From: Candidatus Latescibacterota bacterium
GTDB taxonomy: Bacteria; Latescibacterota; UBA2968
DNA: 64,000 nt
Assembly (NCBI GenBank): GCA_965208125.1
Contig: OZ242320.1
Location: forward strand, 4,192,001-4,256,000
Direction of reading: 5' to 3'
Part shown: positions 28,004 through 38,305 of the stretch, one piece after another
Layout of the letters: every line of letters starts with the position of its first letter
Numbering within the stretch: position 1 is the first letter of the stretch
Program-made: the position numbers and the translations under genes
The notes under the pieces: model-generated
Database searches by the model: none
Told to the model about the DNA's origin: nothing
Seen by the model: only the letters and a program-made list of their open reading frames with translations

Positions 28004-29056
28004 TCATTGCGGTACAGCGTCGCTGATGAACCCTTCGTTTCTCACCAGGACCTGGAGATCCAGATTTGTCATAGGAAAATCCACCCGGGCGTTGCCCAAC
28101 CGCTCCGATTCGTGAAGAGATAGCACCATTTCCAGTGCCGCTCGTCCATCTTCTCCAGTGGATATTGTATCCCGATCGCTGTCGAGGCTTTCTGCAATCT
28201 CCTCTACTGACAACGGGATCACACATCGGCCCCTGTCCGTTGTATTCAGCTTGTGTTCCTCTGGTATTTCGGGGAATTTTTCCTCTTTATTTTTGGTGAA
28301 GAGCTTGAACTGACGTGGCCGTGTATTGGCCACCGTTATCCGTCCCCTGGATCCCAACAATTCAAAGAGGTGTTGGGCGCTCCCTCCGGTGGATCCGTTC
28401 ACAATGCATTGTACGCCATTTTGAAAATGAAAGTACCCGGCGCCACGGGGATCCAGAGCATCCGGATCCAATAGGTGACCGGTTGCCCACGCAACATCGC
28501 CTGCAAAGAATCGCAGCATGTCAAAAAAGTGGGTTCCGTTGTTGGCAAGCCCGGCGCTGTACTGGAGTGTCATCGCCTGAAGGGAGCCGATTACCTCCTG
28601 ATCGATTAGCTCCTTAATTTGGCGAAATTGCCAATCCCATCGGCGTGTGTGGTTAATGCTCAGCTTTACGTTGTTTCTCCGGCAAGCATTAATCATTTCG
28701 TCTGCCTCTCGCAACGTAGTCGCCATCGCCTTCTCGCAGAATATGGCTTTTACTCCTGACTGAGCCGCGGCAACAACGATATCCCGATGCGGAATGGGAT
28801 AGGTGCAAACACTCACGATATCCAGTTTCTCAGTATCCAGCATTTCCCGCCAATCTGTGTACAGACCCGGAACATCCCATTTGCCTCCAAAACTCTGTCG
28901 GCGTTTATCGTCCCGATCTGCTGCTGCGACAATACGGGTTCGATCACAGTGATTGTAACAACCCGCATGGGTGTTCGGCGTTCCGCGATGTGTTTCCTGC
29001 TCCAGTAGGCTTGAAATCCTGCCACAGCCGATAACACCAACGTTATAAACTTGCAT
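28004..29056 (-). CDS. Gfo/Idh/MocA oxidoreductase
   Basis: VIGCGRI, CEKAMA, NHTRRW, GTHFFD. Confidence 0.9.
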   Translation of the reverse strand: MQVYNVGVIGCGRISSLLEQETHRGTPNTHAGCYNHCDRTRIVAAADRDDKRRQSFGGKWDVPGLYTDWREMLDTEKLDIVSVCTYPIPHRDIVVAAAQSGVKAIFCEKAMATTLREADEMINACRRNNVKLSINHTRRWDWQFRQIKELIDQEVIGSLQAMTLQYSAGLANNGTHFFDMLRFFAGDVAWATGHLLDPDALDPRGAGYFHFQNGVQCIVNGSTGGSAQHLFELLGSRGRITVANTRPRQFKLFTKNKEEKFPEIPEEHKLNTTDRGRCVIPLSVEEIAESLDSDRDTISTGEDGRAALEMVLSLHESERLGNARVDFPMTNLDLQVLVRNEGFISDAVPQ

Positions 29057-29136
29057 AGAAAGCTCCAGGAAAAATTGTGGGAAGAAATCGTTTTCAAGAT
29101 CTCAGATCACAATCCAAACAAAGATTTCTACCTTCA

Positions 29137-30264
29137 TCATTGTACCTTCTCGCCTACTTTCCCGCGGTCTTCCTGCCGCTCCAGCGGCAGTTCTTGCATA
29201 AATGTCCACTGACGGTCCCCCAGCTTTTGAAGCTGCGATTCGTCGAGTTCCATCCCTAAACCCGGACCTTTAGGCACGAGAAGGTAGCCATTTTCGTACT
29301 GGACCCGGTGTTTGACAACGTCGTCAATGTAGAGTTGCGCGCCAGCCGCATCGCCGGGGTAATCGAGGTTGGGTACCGATGCGCCCAGATGCGCCTGCGC
29401 GGAGGTCCCAATAGAAAGTTCCTGAGTTGTGCCAATCAAGGTGGAGATTCCGGTGGCCTGTGCTATGGCGAAGATCTGGCGCGATCGTTTGATGCCCTGG
29501 TGGCAGGTCGCAATATTGAAGATGTCGACAGCCTGTCCTTCCGCGAAAGCAATGGCCTGGGTCTCGTCGCTGACATGCTCACTGACCGGGAACCGGATAC
29601 GCTCACGCACCTTTGCTTTGCCCGGGATGTCGGGTGCGGGACTTTCAACCAGGATCGGCTCGACCCACTGCAGACGCTCAACGGCGGCTACGCACGACTT
29701 CCAATCAAGTCGGCGGCTGAAGTCCAGTGATTTAACTTTGAATCGATCTCCATAACGATCGCGACACTCATGTAAGATCTGATTGTCGATTTCGAGGTTT
29801 CCACCCACGTAAAATCGGAACAGGTCGAATCCCAGCTCGAGCATTCGACCGACTCGCTCGACGTTGGGTGCGACGTCCGCCTCTTCGAATTGTCGAAAGA
29901 TGGGGTAGCAGATTTTGTAGCGATCTCGGTAAGCACCTCCATAGAGGTCGTGAATTGGAATGCCCAAGCTCTTGGCCCGAAGGTCGTGAATCGCAATGTC
30001 CACACCTGCGCCAATCTGTCCCTTATATCCGTCGACGATCGGATCGATGGCGGATGGATCGGATGGATCGATTCCGATCAACGATTTCCGAAGTATATAC
30101 TCGAGATGGTTGATGTCGGGTATGTTTCGGATACTGAGGTCGGACATTTCGCCCGCACCGACTATACCATCGTCTGAGATGATACGGATGATAATGTGAG
30201 GACTAAGCGTACCGTTCTCTCGTCTTGTTCCGACTGCAAATAGATCGAGCTCTTTAATGGTCAA
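29137..30264 (-). CDS. Muconate/chloromuconate cycloisomerase-like enolase superfamily enzyme
   Basis: GAGE, DIAIHDL, VESP, PKGPGLGMELD. Confidence 0.8.
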   Translation of the reverse strand: MTIKELDLFAVGTRRENGTLSPHIIIRIISDDGIVGAGEMSDLSIRNIPDINHLEYILRKSLIGIDPSDPSAIDPIVDGYKGQIGAGVDIAIHDLRAKSLGIPIHDLYGGAYRDRYKICYPIFRQFEEADVAPNVERVGRMLELGFDLFRFYVGGNLEIDNQILHECRDRYGDRFKVKSLDFSRRLDWKSCVAAVERLQWVEPILVESPAPDIPGKAKVRERIRFPVSEHVSDETQAIAFAEGQAVDIFNIATCHQGIKRSRQIFAIAQATGISTLIGTTQELSIGTSAQAHLGASVPNLDYPGDAAGAQLYIDDVVKHRVQYENGYLLVPKGPGLGMELDESQLQKLGDRQWTFMQELPLERQEDRGKVGEKVQ

Positions 30265-30347
30265 AGCAGACTCCTTTCATCGACCGTCTCAGGAACACCA
30301 ATACGAATAGAGCGACCCTTGTCGGCATCTTAATTTCTCACACCAGT

Positions 30348-31199
30348 TTATGTCTCATTATAATCGTAGGGCCGGTTTCGGAAGAGGTAGTCTATTGGTT
30401 CATCTACAAAAATTATGTTCGGGTCCAGGTCGCTTTCTGCAAAGGCGGTTTCACAGCCGGTATTGAACCGGAGAGGGGGAAGGCGACGCATCCAGTGGCA
30501 GCAGTAGATCGCTGCGATCATGAACCGCGTTTGGTCGGAGAGATTTGGCATTCCCCGGTGCCAGAGCCGGGGATCGCGGATCAGAATGCTTCCCTTTTTT
30601 GTATTCCCCCGGACCGGCGGTGCCACTTTCCGGCGTGCTTCATGCAGGTGTTCTTCTACCTTGATATCATCTCCATCTACCTTTTGCGTTTCCAGATGGG
30701 AGCCGGGCCAGAGTTCGATACTTCCGTTGGCTTCGGTCACCTCGTCCAGGGCAATATTGACAATGACTTTGGACGGCGGGTGCGCGACATCCAGGTTCGG
30801 CCAGAGTTGTCCCGAGTCAACATGTACCGGCTGGAGCTCGCTACCCGGCAAGTTGGTGTTGCCGGTATAGCGATTGTTGAAGATCCCTTCGCCGAGCAGG
30901 GCTTTCGAGACTTGGACCACATAGGGGTTCGCCATAACGTCGCGAAAGACGTACGGGGGGAAGGGGGGCGGCTCCTGCTGGACGTTTCCCCAAACGAAGT
31001 TATGGGGTGGCGCAGGGGCGTTCATGATCTTCTCTATGTCTTCGGTCATCCGCTCACAGAGAAGATCGAGGTGTTCGTGCGCGACCACTGCATTGAGGAT
31101 GATGTAGCCCTCCGTTCGAATGGCATCGAGGGCCTGTTTCAGGTGCGCGTCGATGAGAGATTCGGCTGCGCGCTCTTCCGGTGTGACGGTGATTTCCAC
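30348..31199 (-). CDS. PhyH family dioxygenase
   Basis: QPVHVD, NGSIELWPGSH, LWHRGMPN..R. Confidence 0.88.
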   Translation of the reverse strand: MEITVTPEERAAESLIDAHLKQALDAIRTEGYIILNAVVAHEHLDLLCERMTEDIEKIMNAPAPPHNFVWGNVQQEPPPFPPYVFRDVMANPYVVQVSKALLGEGIFNNRYTGNTNLPGSELQPVHVDSGQLWPNLDVAHPPSKVIVNIALDEVTEANGSIELWPGSHLETQKVDGDDIKVEEHLHEARRKVAPPVRGNTKKGSILIRDPRLWHRGMPNLSDQTRFMIAAIYCCHWMRRLPPLRFNTGCETAFAESDLDPNIIFVDEPIDYLFRNRPYDYNET

Positions 31200-31237
31200 G
31201 GTTACTCATCTCCATTTGAGAAATGTTGGACTCTTTC

Positions 31238-32083
31238 TCAAATTCGTGCGAATTTTTGCAGTCGGTTGGGTTGGCGGGGCACTTCGGTGACGTAAATATC
31301 ACCGCGACTATCAACGCAGATGCCGTGCGCAGGATCGATAAACTGCCCGGGATCTGAGCCTTCCTCGCCCCATCTTGCCAGCAGAGCACCATCCAGGTCA
31401 AAAATGCTGACGCGCTGGGGCGATTCGGCAATATAGACAATATGATCTGCATCGATGTGAATGTTATTCGGAGATTGGATATCTGTCCACTCTTCCAGAA
31501 AGTTACCATCAAAATCGAAAAGCTGAATGCGGTGGTTTTCCCGGTCGCTTACAAGCACGCGGTCGCGTGGGTCAATGCATAAATCGTGCGGCAGGGCAAA
31601 CTGGCCGGGTCCCGTGCCTTCCTCGCCCCAGGAAAGAATCCGTTCGCCGTTCGCTGAAAAACGATGCACCCGGTGCTGGCCGTATCCATCCGAAACAAAA
31701 ATCTCACCTGAGGGAGCGGCCATTGCCTTGGTTGGCCTGTTGAACGGCTCGCCCGGTGAACCTGTCTGGCCTGGCATTCCCAGGGTCTGAAGCACTTCTC
31801 CATCCGTGCTGAAGATACGCACAGTATGATCGTCAACATCCGCGCAATAAATCCGATCCGCTGGATCGATCCAGATATTATGCGGATTTGAGAGCACATC
31901 ATCACCCCATGAACCGAGAAAGCGACCTTCCGAATCATAGACCAGAATACCCGCAGGCTCTCGCAGGGTGACATAAACGCGATCCTGCGAGTCAACTGCC
32001 ACATCGGGCACGACCCCACCCATCTCTTTCCCTTCGGGACCTCGCCCCCACCCATCGACAACGCGGTATTGATAAGTTGTCAT
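31238..32083 (-). CDS. NHL-repeat beta-propeller (peptidyl-alpha-hydroxyglycine lyase-like)
   Basis: Repeated PGQF..PH, YVSDGYG, DRENHRIQLFD. Confidence 0.88.
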   Translation of the reverse strand: MTTYQYRVVDGWGRGPEGKEMGGVVPDVAVDSQDRVYVTLREPAGILVYDSEGRFLGSWGDDVLSNPHNIWIDPADRIYCADVDDHTVRIFSTDGEVLQTLGMPGQTGSPGEPFNRPTKAMAAPSGEIFVSDGYGQHRVHRFSANGERILSWGEEGTGPGQFALPHDLCIDPRDRVLVSDRENHRIQLFDFDGNFLEEWTDIQSPNNIHIDADHIVYIAESPQRVSIFDLDGALLARWGEEGSDPGQFIDPAHGICVDSRGDIYVTEVPRQPNRLQKFARI

Positions 32084-32109
32084 TGTGTACTCCTTTCAAA
32101 TATGCCCGA

Positions 32110-32937
32110 CTACCTGTCCAGTCTAACCCAATCGGGCCAAACGCTGGCAAAAAATGCTCGCTGGATGCCTCGTACGCTCTCCCCGCCGTCAACAACGAGA
32201 TTGGAGCCTACACTGAAGTTGCCGGCTTGCGAAGCGAGAAAGATGGCCATGCCTGCGATGTTTTCCTTCTCCCCAACCCGCTTGCCCGGAATGTTCTTCT
32301 TCATCTCGTCTGTGTGATCCCGAGCCACCTTATTCAAATCGCTGGGAAAATCGCCAGGGGAGATGGTGTTGACTTGAATCCCTTCCCAGGCCAAACTATC
32401 ACCCAGGTGCCGGCCCAAATGGATCACACCTGCTTTGCTGGCTCCGTAGGCATAATTGTAAGCTGTGTTGAGTTTACCACAGCCGTCGATAGACGCGATA
32501 TTGATCACATTGCACGGTGTTTCTGGCGAAGCCCCCACGCGCAGGAATGGCAGAAACGCCTGGGTCATAAAAAAGATGCTTTTGAGATTGAGATCCATCA
32601 CCGCGTCCCATGTTTCCTCCGTCACATCCTCGATCTCCCTGCGACCATCGCTGATTCCAGCATTGTTGATCAATATATCGAGCGACTGTTCTCGTTCACC
32701 GTAGGCCTTTGCCAGCGCCTTGATTCCGGAGACTGAACTTACATCGGCTGCGATATACTCGCAGGAGCCGATTTTTGCCAGCTCCGCCTGTTTCTTTTTC
32801 AAGACCTCTTCTCTGCGCGCGACAATGTAAACCTTCGCCCCAAAATTGACAAAGCCTTCAGCGATCATCGCTCCGATGCCAGTCGAACCACCAGTCACCA
32901 GTGCGGTTTTTCCCTCCAGTGAAAATAGATCTCTCAT
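32110..32937 (-). CDS. Short-chain dehydrogenase/reductase
   Basis: TGGSTGIG, NNAG, YGASK. Confidence 0.92.
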   Translation of the reverse strand: MRDLFSLEGKTALVTGGSTGIGAMIAEGFVNFGAKVYIVARREEVLKKKQAELAKIGSCEYIAADVSSVSGIKALAKAYGEREQSLDILINNAGISDGRREIEDVTEETWDAVMDLNLKSIFFMTQAFLPFLRVGASPETPCNVINIASIDGCGKLNTAYNYAYGASKAGVIHLGRHLGDSLAWEGIQVNTISPGDFPSDLNKVARDHTDEMKKNIPGKRVGEKENIAGMAIFLASQAGNFSVGSNLVVDGGESVRGIQRAFFASVWPDWVRLDR

Positions 32938-32984
32938 TTTCGATTCTCCGTAAGTTGGGCAATCTGTGTTCATGTAAATGTCGT

Positions 32985-34223
32985 TTATTTTATTTGTGTA
33001 TAGTCGGAGGTGAGCGTTAAATCACCCGACTTCACATTAATAAAGCATGCGGTTGTCCCCTCGGGCTGCGTGGCGGTTACCACCCACTGATCGGCCATCC
33101 TCTCCAGCTTTGCAGGTGATTCGATCCACTTCCTTTTGCCGGTTATCCCGGTATCAGCCGTTGATATCAGAAGGACTTCATCCAATGGCCTTGACGATTC
33201 AAAAATCACTGTGAACTGTCCGCCCTCAGTTCTGGACGAAATTTGCCTGGCCCAGGGTTTGCCGTCTTTGACAACGCTGTCTGCAAAGGCATAGCTGTCT
33301 GGAGGATTCATGCCGGCCTGATGCCCGTGTTTCATGCCGGGGATCAGACATACCATGTAGGGCCCAGATACAGTGCGATAGCAGGAGGCCTGCTTGTCCA
33401 ATGGAAAGTGCTGGTCTCCCGGCCAGGAGAGCCAGAGGGTCGGAATTTTCACTTTCTTTAAGCGTAGAATAGGATCCCAGACCTTCTTGTAAAGGTCATT
33501 ATTTCCAAGCGCCCTGCCGTATTGATTGGCCGCCTGGGATAGGTTCCCGCATCCGTACGTGGGAATGGCAAAAGCAAAGCGGTCGTCGATACCGATAATA
33601 GTGCTTGCAATGATGCCGCCCCAGGAGATACCCATCAGACCGACGCTCGTACTATCTACCTGTGGCAAGGAACGAAGGAGCGAGTTCGCCAGGATTGCAT
33701 CGGCAACGGCGTGATACATCCACTGTTCTTCAATCGGTTTGTCGGAGTCACCGTAAATGCCTGTGCGAGTTGGTCCTGGCCAGGGATGTTTTTTCCATCT
33801 GTTGCGCCTATTGTCGCCGGGTTTCCTGGGCACCCGTTCATCTATCTGTCCTTCCACTGCGATACTGATTGCCGCGTATCCGCGGGCATTCCACTTTTCA
33901 ACCCACTCCTTAAAGGCGGTTCCGCCACCGCCATGGACTAATACGATCCCCGGGACCTTGTGGCTCGGCGATGCATCCTCAGGGATACCGATCCATGCAT
34001 AGACGCGGGTTGGTTTTCCCTCGTACATAAGCGCATCAAAGTAGATCGTCTTCAACTCACCAGCATCAATACTGACGATTTGCTCCTTTTCATTGCGGAC
34101 AACTGGCGCATTTGTCAGTTCAGCCAGTGCGCGTATTCTCAATTCCTCATCACGGTAATCAGCTTGCACGTTCAAAGTCCTCAGCATTGCTGTGAAAATA
34201 ACCGTCAATGTAATCATTCTCAT
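32985..34223 (-). CDS. Secreted alpha/beta hydrolase (acetyl-xylan-esterase-like)
   Basis: Signal-like N-terminus, VHGGGG, GISWGG nucleophile motif. Confidence 0.78.
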   Translation of the reverse strand: MRMITLTVIFTAMLRTLNVQADYRDEELRIRALAELTNAPVVRNEKEQIVSIDAGELKTIYFDALMYEGKPTRVYAWIGIPEDASPSHKVPGIVLVHGGGGTAFKEWVEKWNARGYAAISIAVEGQIDERVPRKPGDNRRNRWKKHPWPGPTRTGIYGDSDKPIEEQWMYHAVADAILANSLLRSLPQVDSTSVGLMGISWGGIIASTIIGIDDRFAFAIPTYGCGNLSQAANQYGRALGNNDLYKKVWDPILRLKKVKIPTLWLSWPGDQHFPLDKQASCYRTVSGPYMVCLIPGMKHGHQAGMNPPDSYAFADSVVKDGKPWARQISSRTEGGQFTVIFESSRPLDEVLLISTADTGITGKRKWIESPAKLERMADQWVVTATQPEGTTACFINVKSGDLTLTSDYTQIK

Positions 34224-34227
34224 TTGA

Positions 34228-34938
34228 TTACACATCCCATCGCCACGTATTGCGACAGGCAAGCCGTGGATACTCATTCACGTTCTTGCTTCCCGCGTGT
34301 ACAAAAAAGTTTTGGTAAAACAGAATGTCTCCACGCTTCGCCACCACTTCCACACCTTCGCCAATATCCACCTTATGCATATCCGAATTCACGTCCCACA
34401 GATAGGGATACTTCTCTGGATTGCTCTCTGCAAGACCCCGCATCTTTTTATGTGAACCCGGCCATCCAAACGTGCAACCTCCATGCGATTCTGTATCACT
34501 CAAATACAAAATTGAATGCACACTGATTGGAATCGGAAACGTCACATTAAACTTCTCCCGGTTGGTTCCGCCATCGAAGTGAGGTTTCTGGTGGCTCCAT
34601 TCACCTTCCGTGGGAAACGTGTTCTGCGTCAGAATATCCTTCGGCGCGTGGATTTCCTCGCGATCCTCATCCGTCAATTCGGAAAGTGCGGTTAAAATAT
34701 CATCCGTATAACACGCTAAGATACCCGGCGCGCCCAATCTTCGATTTTCCGGCAATGCGCGATGCCGTTGATTAATCGCATGCGCTGACACGCGGTCCCA
34801 GGTTTCAGGATCGTCACGGTCCATTCCCAGAGCCGCCCACATCGCGTCTTCACCCTTGCGAGCTACATCCCCAGGAATCAAACCCGACGCCAGCAAATAC
34901 CCTTCTTCGCGAAACTGCTTCTTCTGCTCATTTGTCAT
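34228..34938 (-). CDS. PhyH family dioxygenase
   Basis: FREEGYL, PHFDG, GWPGSH, VHAGSKN..PR. Confidence 0.82.
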   Translation of the reverse strand: MTNEQKKQFREEGYLLASGLIPGDVARKGEDAMWAALGMDRDDPETWDRVSAHAINQRHRALPENRRLGAPGILACYTDDILTALSELTDEDREEIHAPKDILTQNTFPTEGEWSHQKPHFDGGTNREKFNVTFPIPISVHSILYLSDTESHGGCTFGWPGSHKKMRGLAESNPEKYPYLWDVNSDMHKVDIGEGVEVVAKRGDILFYQNFFVHAGSKNVNEYPRLACRNTWRWDV

Positions 34939-34947
34939 TATTTTCTC

Positions 34948-36294
34948 CTAATTTTGTTGCGCAGGTCTGTTTCTATTTCTCCGACGTCTTCTAATCCTTG
35001 GTGCCATCTGGCTTCTCCAGGCCTTGAATTTTTTTTGTAGCCGCTGAACCATTTCCGGTTGTTGGTTTGCCAGATCGTTTTTCTCACCTATATCTGCATC
35101 CAGATCGTACAATTCCAGCTTCTTAGACCTGCTAAATGTAAGCTTCCATTTCCCTTCTCGAATCGCCCAGGTTCCCGAATCGCCATCCCAATACAACGCA
35201 TCGTGCAATGCCCCTTCTGTTTTACCTTGCAAGACTGGCAACATATTTTTGCCATCGTAGATACGGTCTTCGGGCAATGGAATGCCAACAGCTGCACAGA
35301 CAGTCGGCAAAATATCCATACAAATAACTGGTTCATCACACACACCACCTGCTTCCAAATGCCCTGGCCAGGACACGAGAAACGGCACGCGTAGCCCTCC
35401 CTCATAGACATTCTGCTTGTAACCGCGCAGGGGCATATTGTTTGCATTTGTGGCCCTTGCACCACCATTATCTGAAAAATAAAAGATGAGTGTATTTTCC
35501 CACACGCCATTGGTCTTGAGCGCTGCCACCACATCGCCAACAGCGATATCCATTCTTTTGAGCATGCCCATCAAAATATCGCGTTTGGAGTCTCCTGTAT
35601 TAAATTGTTTGATATCCTCTTCGGGAGCTTGCAATGGCGCATGCACGGCATTAAAGGGAAGATAAAGAAAGAATGGGTCGTTTTTGTTTCGTTCAATGAA
35701 GCCAACAGCCTCTCGAGCCAGATTATCGGTCAAGTACCCGGTATCATTGATGATCTCTTTATTTCGATATATCGCATTATGGGCTCTGTCTTCTTTATAA
35801 TTCAAATCAAAATAGTCGTGCCCCCCATGCCCTAAAAAGCCGTAAAATTCATCAAATCCACGGTTGTTCGGATGATATTCAGGCGTCAAACCCAAATGCC
35901 ATTTTCCAAATACCCCCGTCCTGTACCCCGCTTTTTTGAGTAGATCTGCAAGTGTAATTTCATCAACCGGCATACCGGCGCGTGAGTCACTGGCCGTATA
36001 AAAACCAAAGCGCTGTTGGTATCGACCGGTCATCAAACCCGCCCTGGTGGGCGCACATACAAAGGCACTGGCATATCCATTTGTCATTCGAATGCCCGAG
36101 TTGGCCAGTGCGTCGATATGTGGTGTATAGACTTCCGGGGGATGTGCCTGGTAACTCACATCTCCAAAGCCCTGGTCGTCTGACAAAATCACCACAATAT
36201 TTGGACGTTTGGCATCTTCGGCCCATATAAAAGGACTTGCTATCATTCCAGATACTCCTATTCCCAAAGTTTTTAAAGCGGCGCGTCGATCCAT
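34948..36294 (-). CDS. Tat-exported arylsulfatase
   Basis: MDRRAALK twin-arginine signal; CAPTR, GKWHLG, SDNG. Confidence 0.9.
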   Translation of the reverse strand: MDRRAALKTLGIGVSGMIASPFIWAEDAKRPNIVVILSDDQGFGDVSYQAHPPEVYTPHIDALANSGIRMTNGYASAFVCAPTRAGLMTGRYQQRFGFYTASDSRAGMPVDEITLADLLKKAGYRTGVFGKWHLGLTPEYHPNNRGFDEFYGFLGHGGHDYFDLNYKEDRAHNAIYRNKEIINDTGYLTDNLAREAVGFIERNKNDPFFLYLPFNAVHAPLQAPEEDIKQFNTGDSKRDILMGMLKRMDIAVGDVVAALKTNGVWENTLIFYFSDNGGARATNANNMPLRGYKQNVYEGGLRVPFLVSWPGHLEAGGVCDEPVICMDILPTVCAAVGIPLPEDRIYDGKNMLPVLQGKTEGALHDALYWDGDSGTWAIREGKWKLTFSRSKKLELYDLDADIGEKNDLANQQPEMVQRLQKKFKAWRSQMAPRIRRRRRNRNRPAQQN

Positions 36295-36373
36295 ATTGTA
36301 ACGCTCCTTGCTCGTATGCGCATCTCCACCGGCCAGCCAGCCGGCAACACGGTATTTTTTCATAAATTCTCTC

Positions 36374-37045
36374 TTAGACTATCAGCCATGTAATTGCGTT
36401 GTCAATAAGCTTCGCAGTCATTGGATGCATAAGAATAGCCTGATCGTGCCCAGGCACCAGCACCATCACACGTCCACTTCCATACTCGTGACACCAACCT
36501 TGCACATGCCGTCCATTGGTCACAGAATAGCTCTCAAGAAATACAGATGTTTGCGATTCATCCAGGTCCATAATATACTCTTCTTCTTGAACACAATAGG
36601 GTTCAACACCATCGGTCAGTTCGGGTAATACGCCTGTCGGACGGATTTCGACATCGATCCGCTTTGGGTGGTTGTGAAAACGAGACTTTGAGACGCGCTG
36701 AATACCGCCGCCTTCGGAATAAAACGCAACGGCATCGTGGTGAAGAAATAGTCGGCCGCCATTTTGTGCATATGCCTCAATGAGCGTTTCCTCATCTTCA
36801 GAAAGCCACTTGTGTTTATGCCCTTGGTGAAGGGTAAACTGCAACTCACGAGCATTTCGTACATCGTCGAATGCATATCGGCTAATGAGCACCATATCAA
36901 AAGATGAGAGATCGTCCCAGGGCACCGCATTGTCAAATACAATTGTCGGATCATACCCTCGCACATGTAGTGGTCTCACAAGCGCAGTAACCAAATGTGC
37001 CGGGCAGTGGTAAGCGTCTCCAAGAACTGCGAGTAATTTTTTCAA
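36374..37045 (-). CDS. ThuA-like (class I glutamine amidotransferase-like) protein
   Basis: GDAYH, GGRLFLHH, EEEY, YGSGRV..PGH. Confidence 0.75.
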   Translation of the reverse strand: MKKLLAVLGDAYHCPAHLVTALVRPLHVRGYDPTIVFDNAVPWDDLSSFDMVLISRYAFDDVRNARELQFTLHQGHKHKWLSEDEETLIEAYAQNGGRLFLHHDAVAFYSEGGGIQRVSKSRFHNHPKRIDVEIRPTGVLPELTDGVEPYCVQEEEYIMDLDESQTSVFLESYSVTNGRHVQGWCHEYGSGRVMVLVPGHDQAILMHPMTAKLIDNAITWLIV

Positions 37046-37092
37046 AACTTGCTCCTTTTGGCGGTCAGGACGGCAACCGCATAACTAAAGCC

Positions 37093-38253
37093 CTACTCAT
37101 AGACCATCTCCCCGGTCTTGTGGTCCTCGATCCAGTCCCGGTCGAACTCCACTCCCAGCCCTGGTCCCTCCGGCACTTCGACGCAGCCGTTCTCGTCAAC
37201 CGAATCCAACTCGTCGAGCCAGCGTCTTTCTGAATAGACCGCTGGCTTGGTATTGGGCACCAGGGGATGCACCAGGCCCAATTCGTAGTAATTGGCGTTG
37301 CGCAGGGTCGCCATGATATGCCGGTGTGCCAGATTGCCGCCGTGCAACTCCACGTCCAGCCCGTGCGCCTCGGCCATAGCAGCGATCTTCATTACCCCGG
37401 TGATGCCGCCGTCGGTCTGGACGTTGGCGCGCACAAAGTCGGTGGCACCGGCAGTAATGGTATCGGCCTTGGCTTCAAGCCCACGCACGTGTTCGCCCAT
37501 CAGCATCGGCGTATTGATCAACTCGCGCAGCTTGGCGTGGGCAAAGCGCGAAAAGCCGCCGCCCCTGAACGGATCTTCGTACCACATATAGCGCGCCTCG
37601 TCACAGGCGCGACCCACCTTGAGCACGTCCTCGAATGTGGGGAAACACCCGGCCGGATCGAGCAACAGATCCATATCGTCGCCCACCGCTTCGCGAATGG
37701 CTAATACCGCTGCCACTTCGCGGTCGATCGGCCCGTTGATCCAACCGTGGATTTTAAAGGCTGGATAGCCGTATTGCTCCTTGCAGCGCAGCGCGAATTG
37801 CGCAAAGTCGTCCGGTGTCGTCAAACCGCCGTTTTCGTCGCCGTGGTAGGTCGAAGCGTAGGCCGGCAACTTCTTGCGCCAACCCCCGCCCAAAAGCTCG
37901 TAGATCGGCGCGTCGTAGAGTTTGCCGGCGAAATCCCACAGCGCGATATCTACTGCGCCCGGCGGCGTGCCGTCCTGCCCGCGACGCGAGCGCTTGAGGT
38001 CGTGCCAGATGATCTCGCGGTCCAGCGGGTTGCGGCCGAGCAGGTACTGCGCCGGGCGGGAATCGATGCCACCGGACGCAATGCCGCTGATGCCGACGCT
38101 GGTCTCGATGGTCAGCAAGCCGCCGCCCAGAGTCAGACGGCCGCCCTTGCGATAGACCGTGTCGAAGCCCAATTGCTCTTCCAACTCCATATCGGCGATT
38201 TCATAGGCGAAACTCGTCGAGGTGATGCGGGTGATCTCAATATCTCGCGCCAT
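37093..38253 (-). CDS. Mandelate racemase family enzyme
   Basis: DIALWDFAGK, FKIH, WYEDP, MGE, GPGLGVE. Confidence 0.88.
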   Translation of the reverse strand: MARDIEITRITSTSFAYEIADMELEEQLGFDTVYRKGGRLTLGGGLLTIETSVGISGIASGGIDSRPAQYLLGRNPLDREIIWHDLKRSRRGQDGTPPGAVDIALWDFAGKLYDAPIYELLGGGWRKKLPAYASTYHGDENGGLTTPDDFAQFALRCKEQYGYPAFKIHGWINGPIDREVAAVLAIREAVGDDMDLLLDPAGCFPTFEDVLKVGRACDEARYMWYEDPFRGGGFSRFAHAKLRELINTPMLMGEHVRGLEAKADTITAGATDFVRANVQTDGGITGVMKIAAMAEAHGLDVELHGGNLAHRHIMATLRNANYYELGLVHPLVPNTKPAVYSERRWLDELDSVDENGCVEVPEGPGLGVEFDRDWIEDHKTGEMVYE

Positions 38254-38305
38254 GCTGCTCTCTCCTTCACTGTGTGTTTGATTTAAACTTTCGCTCCACG
38301 GCTAC

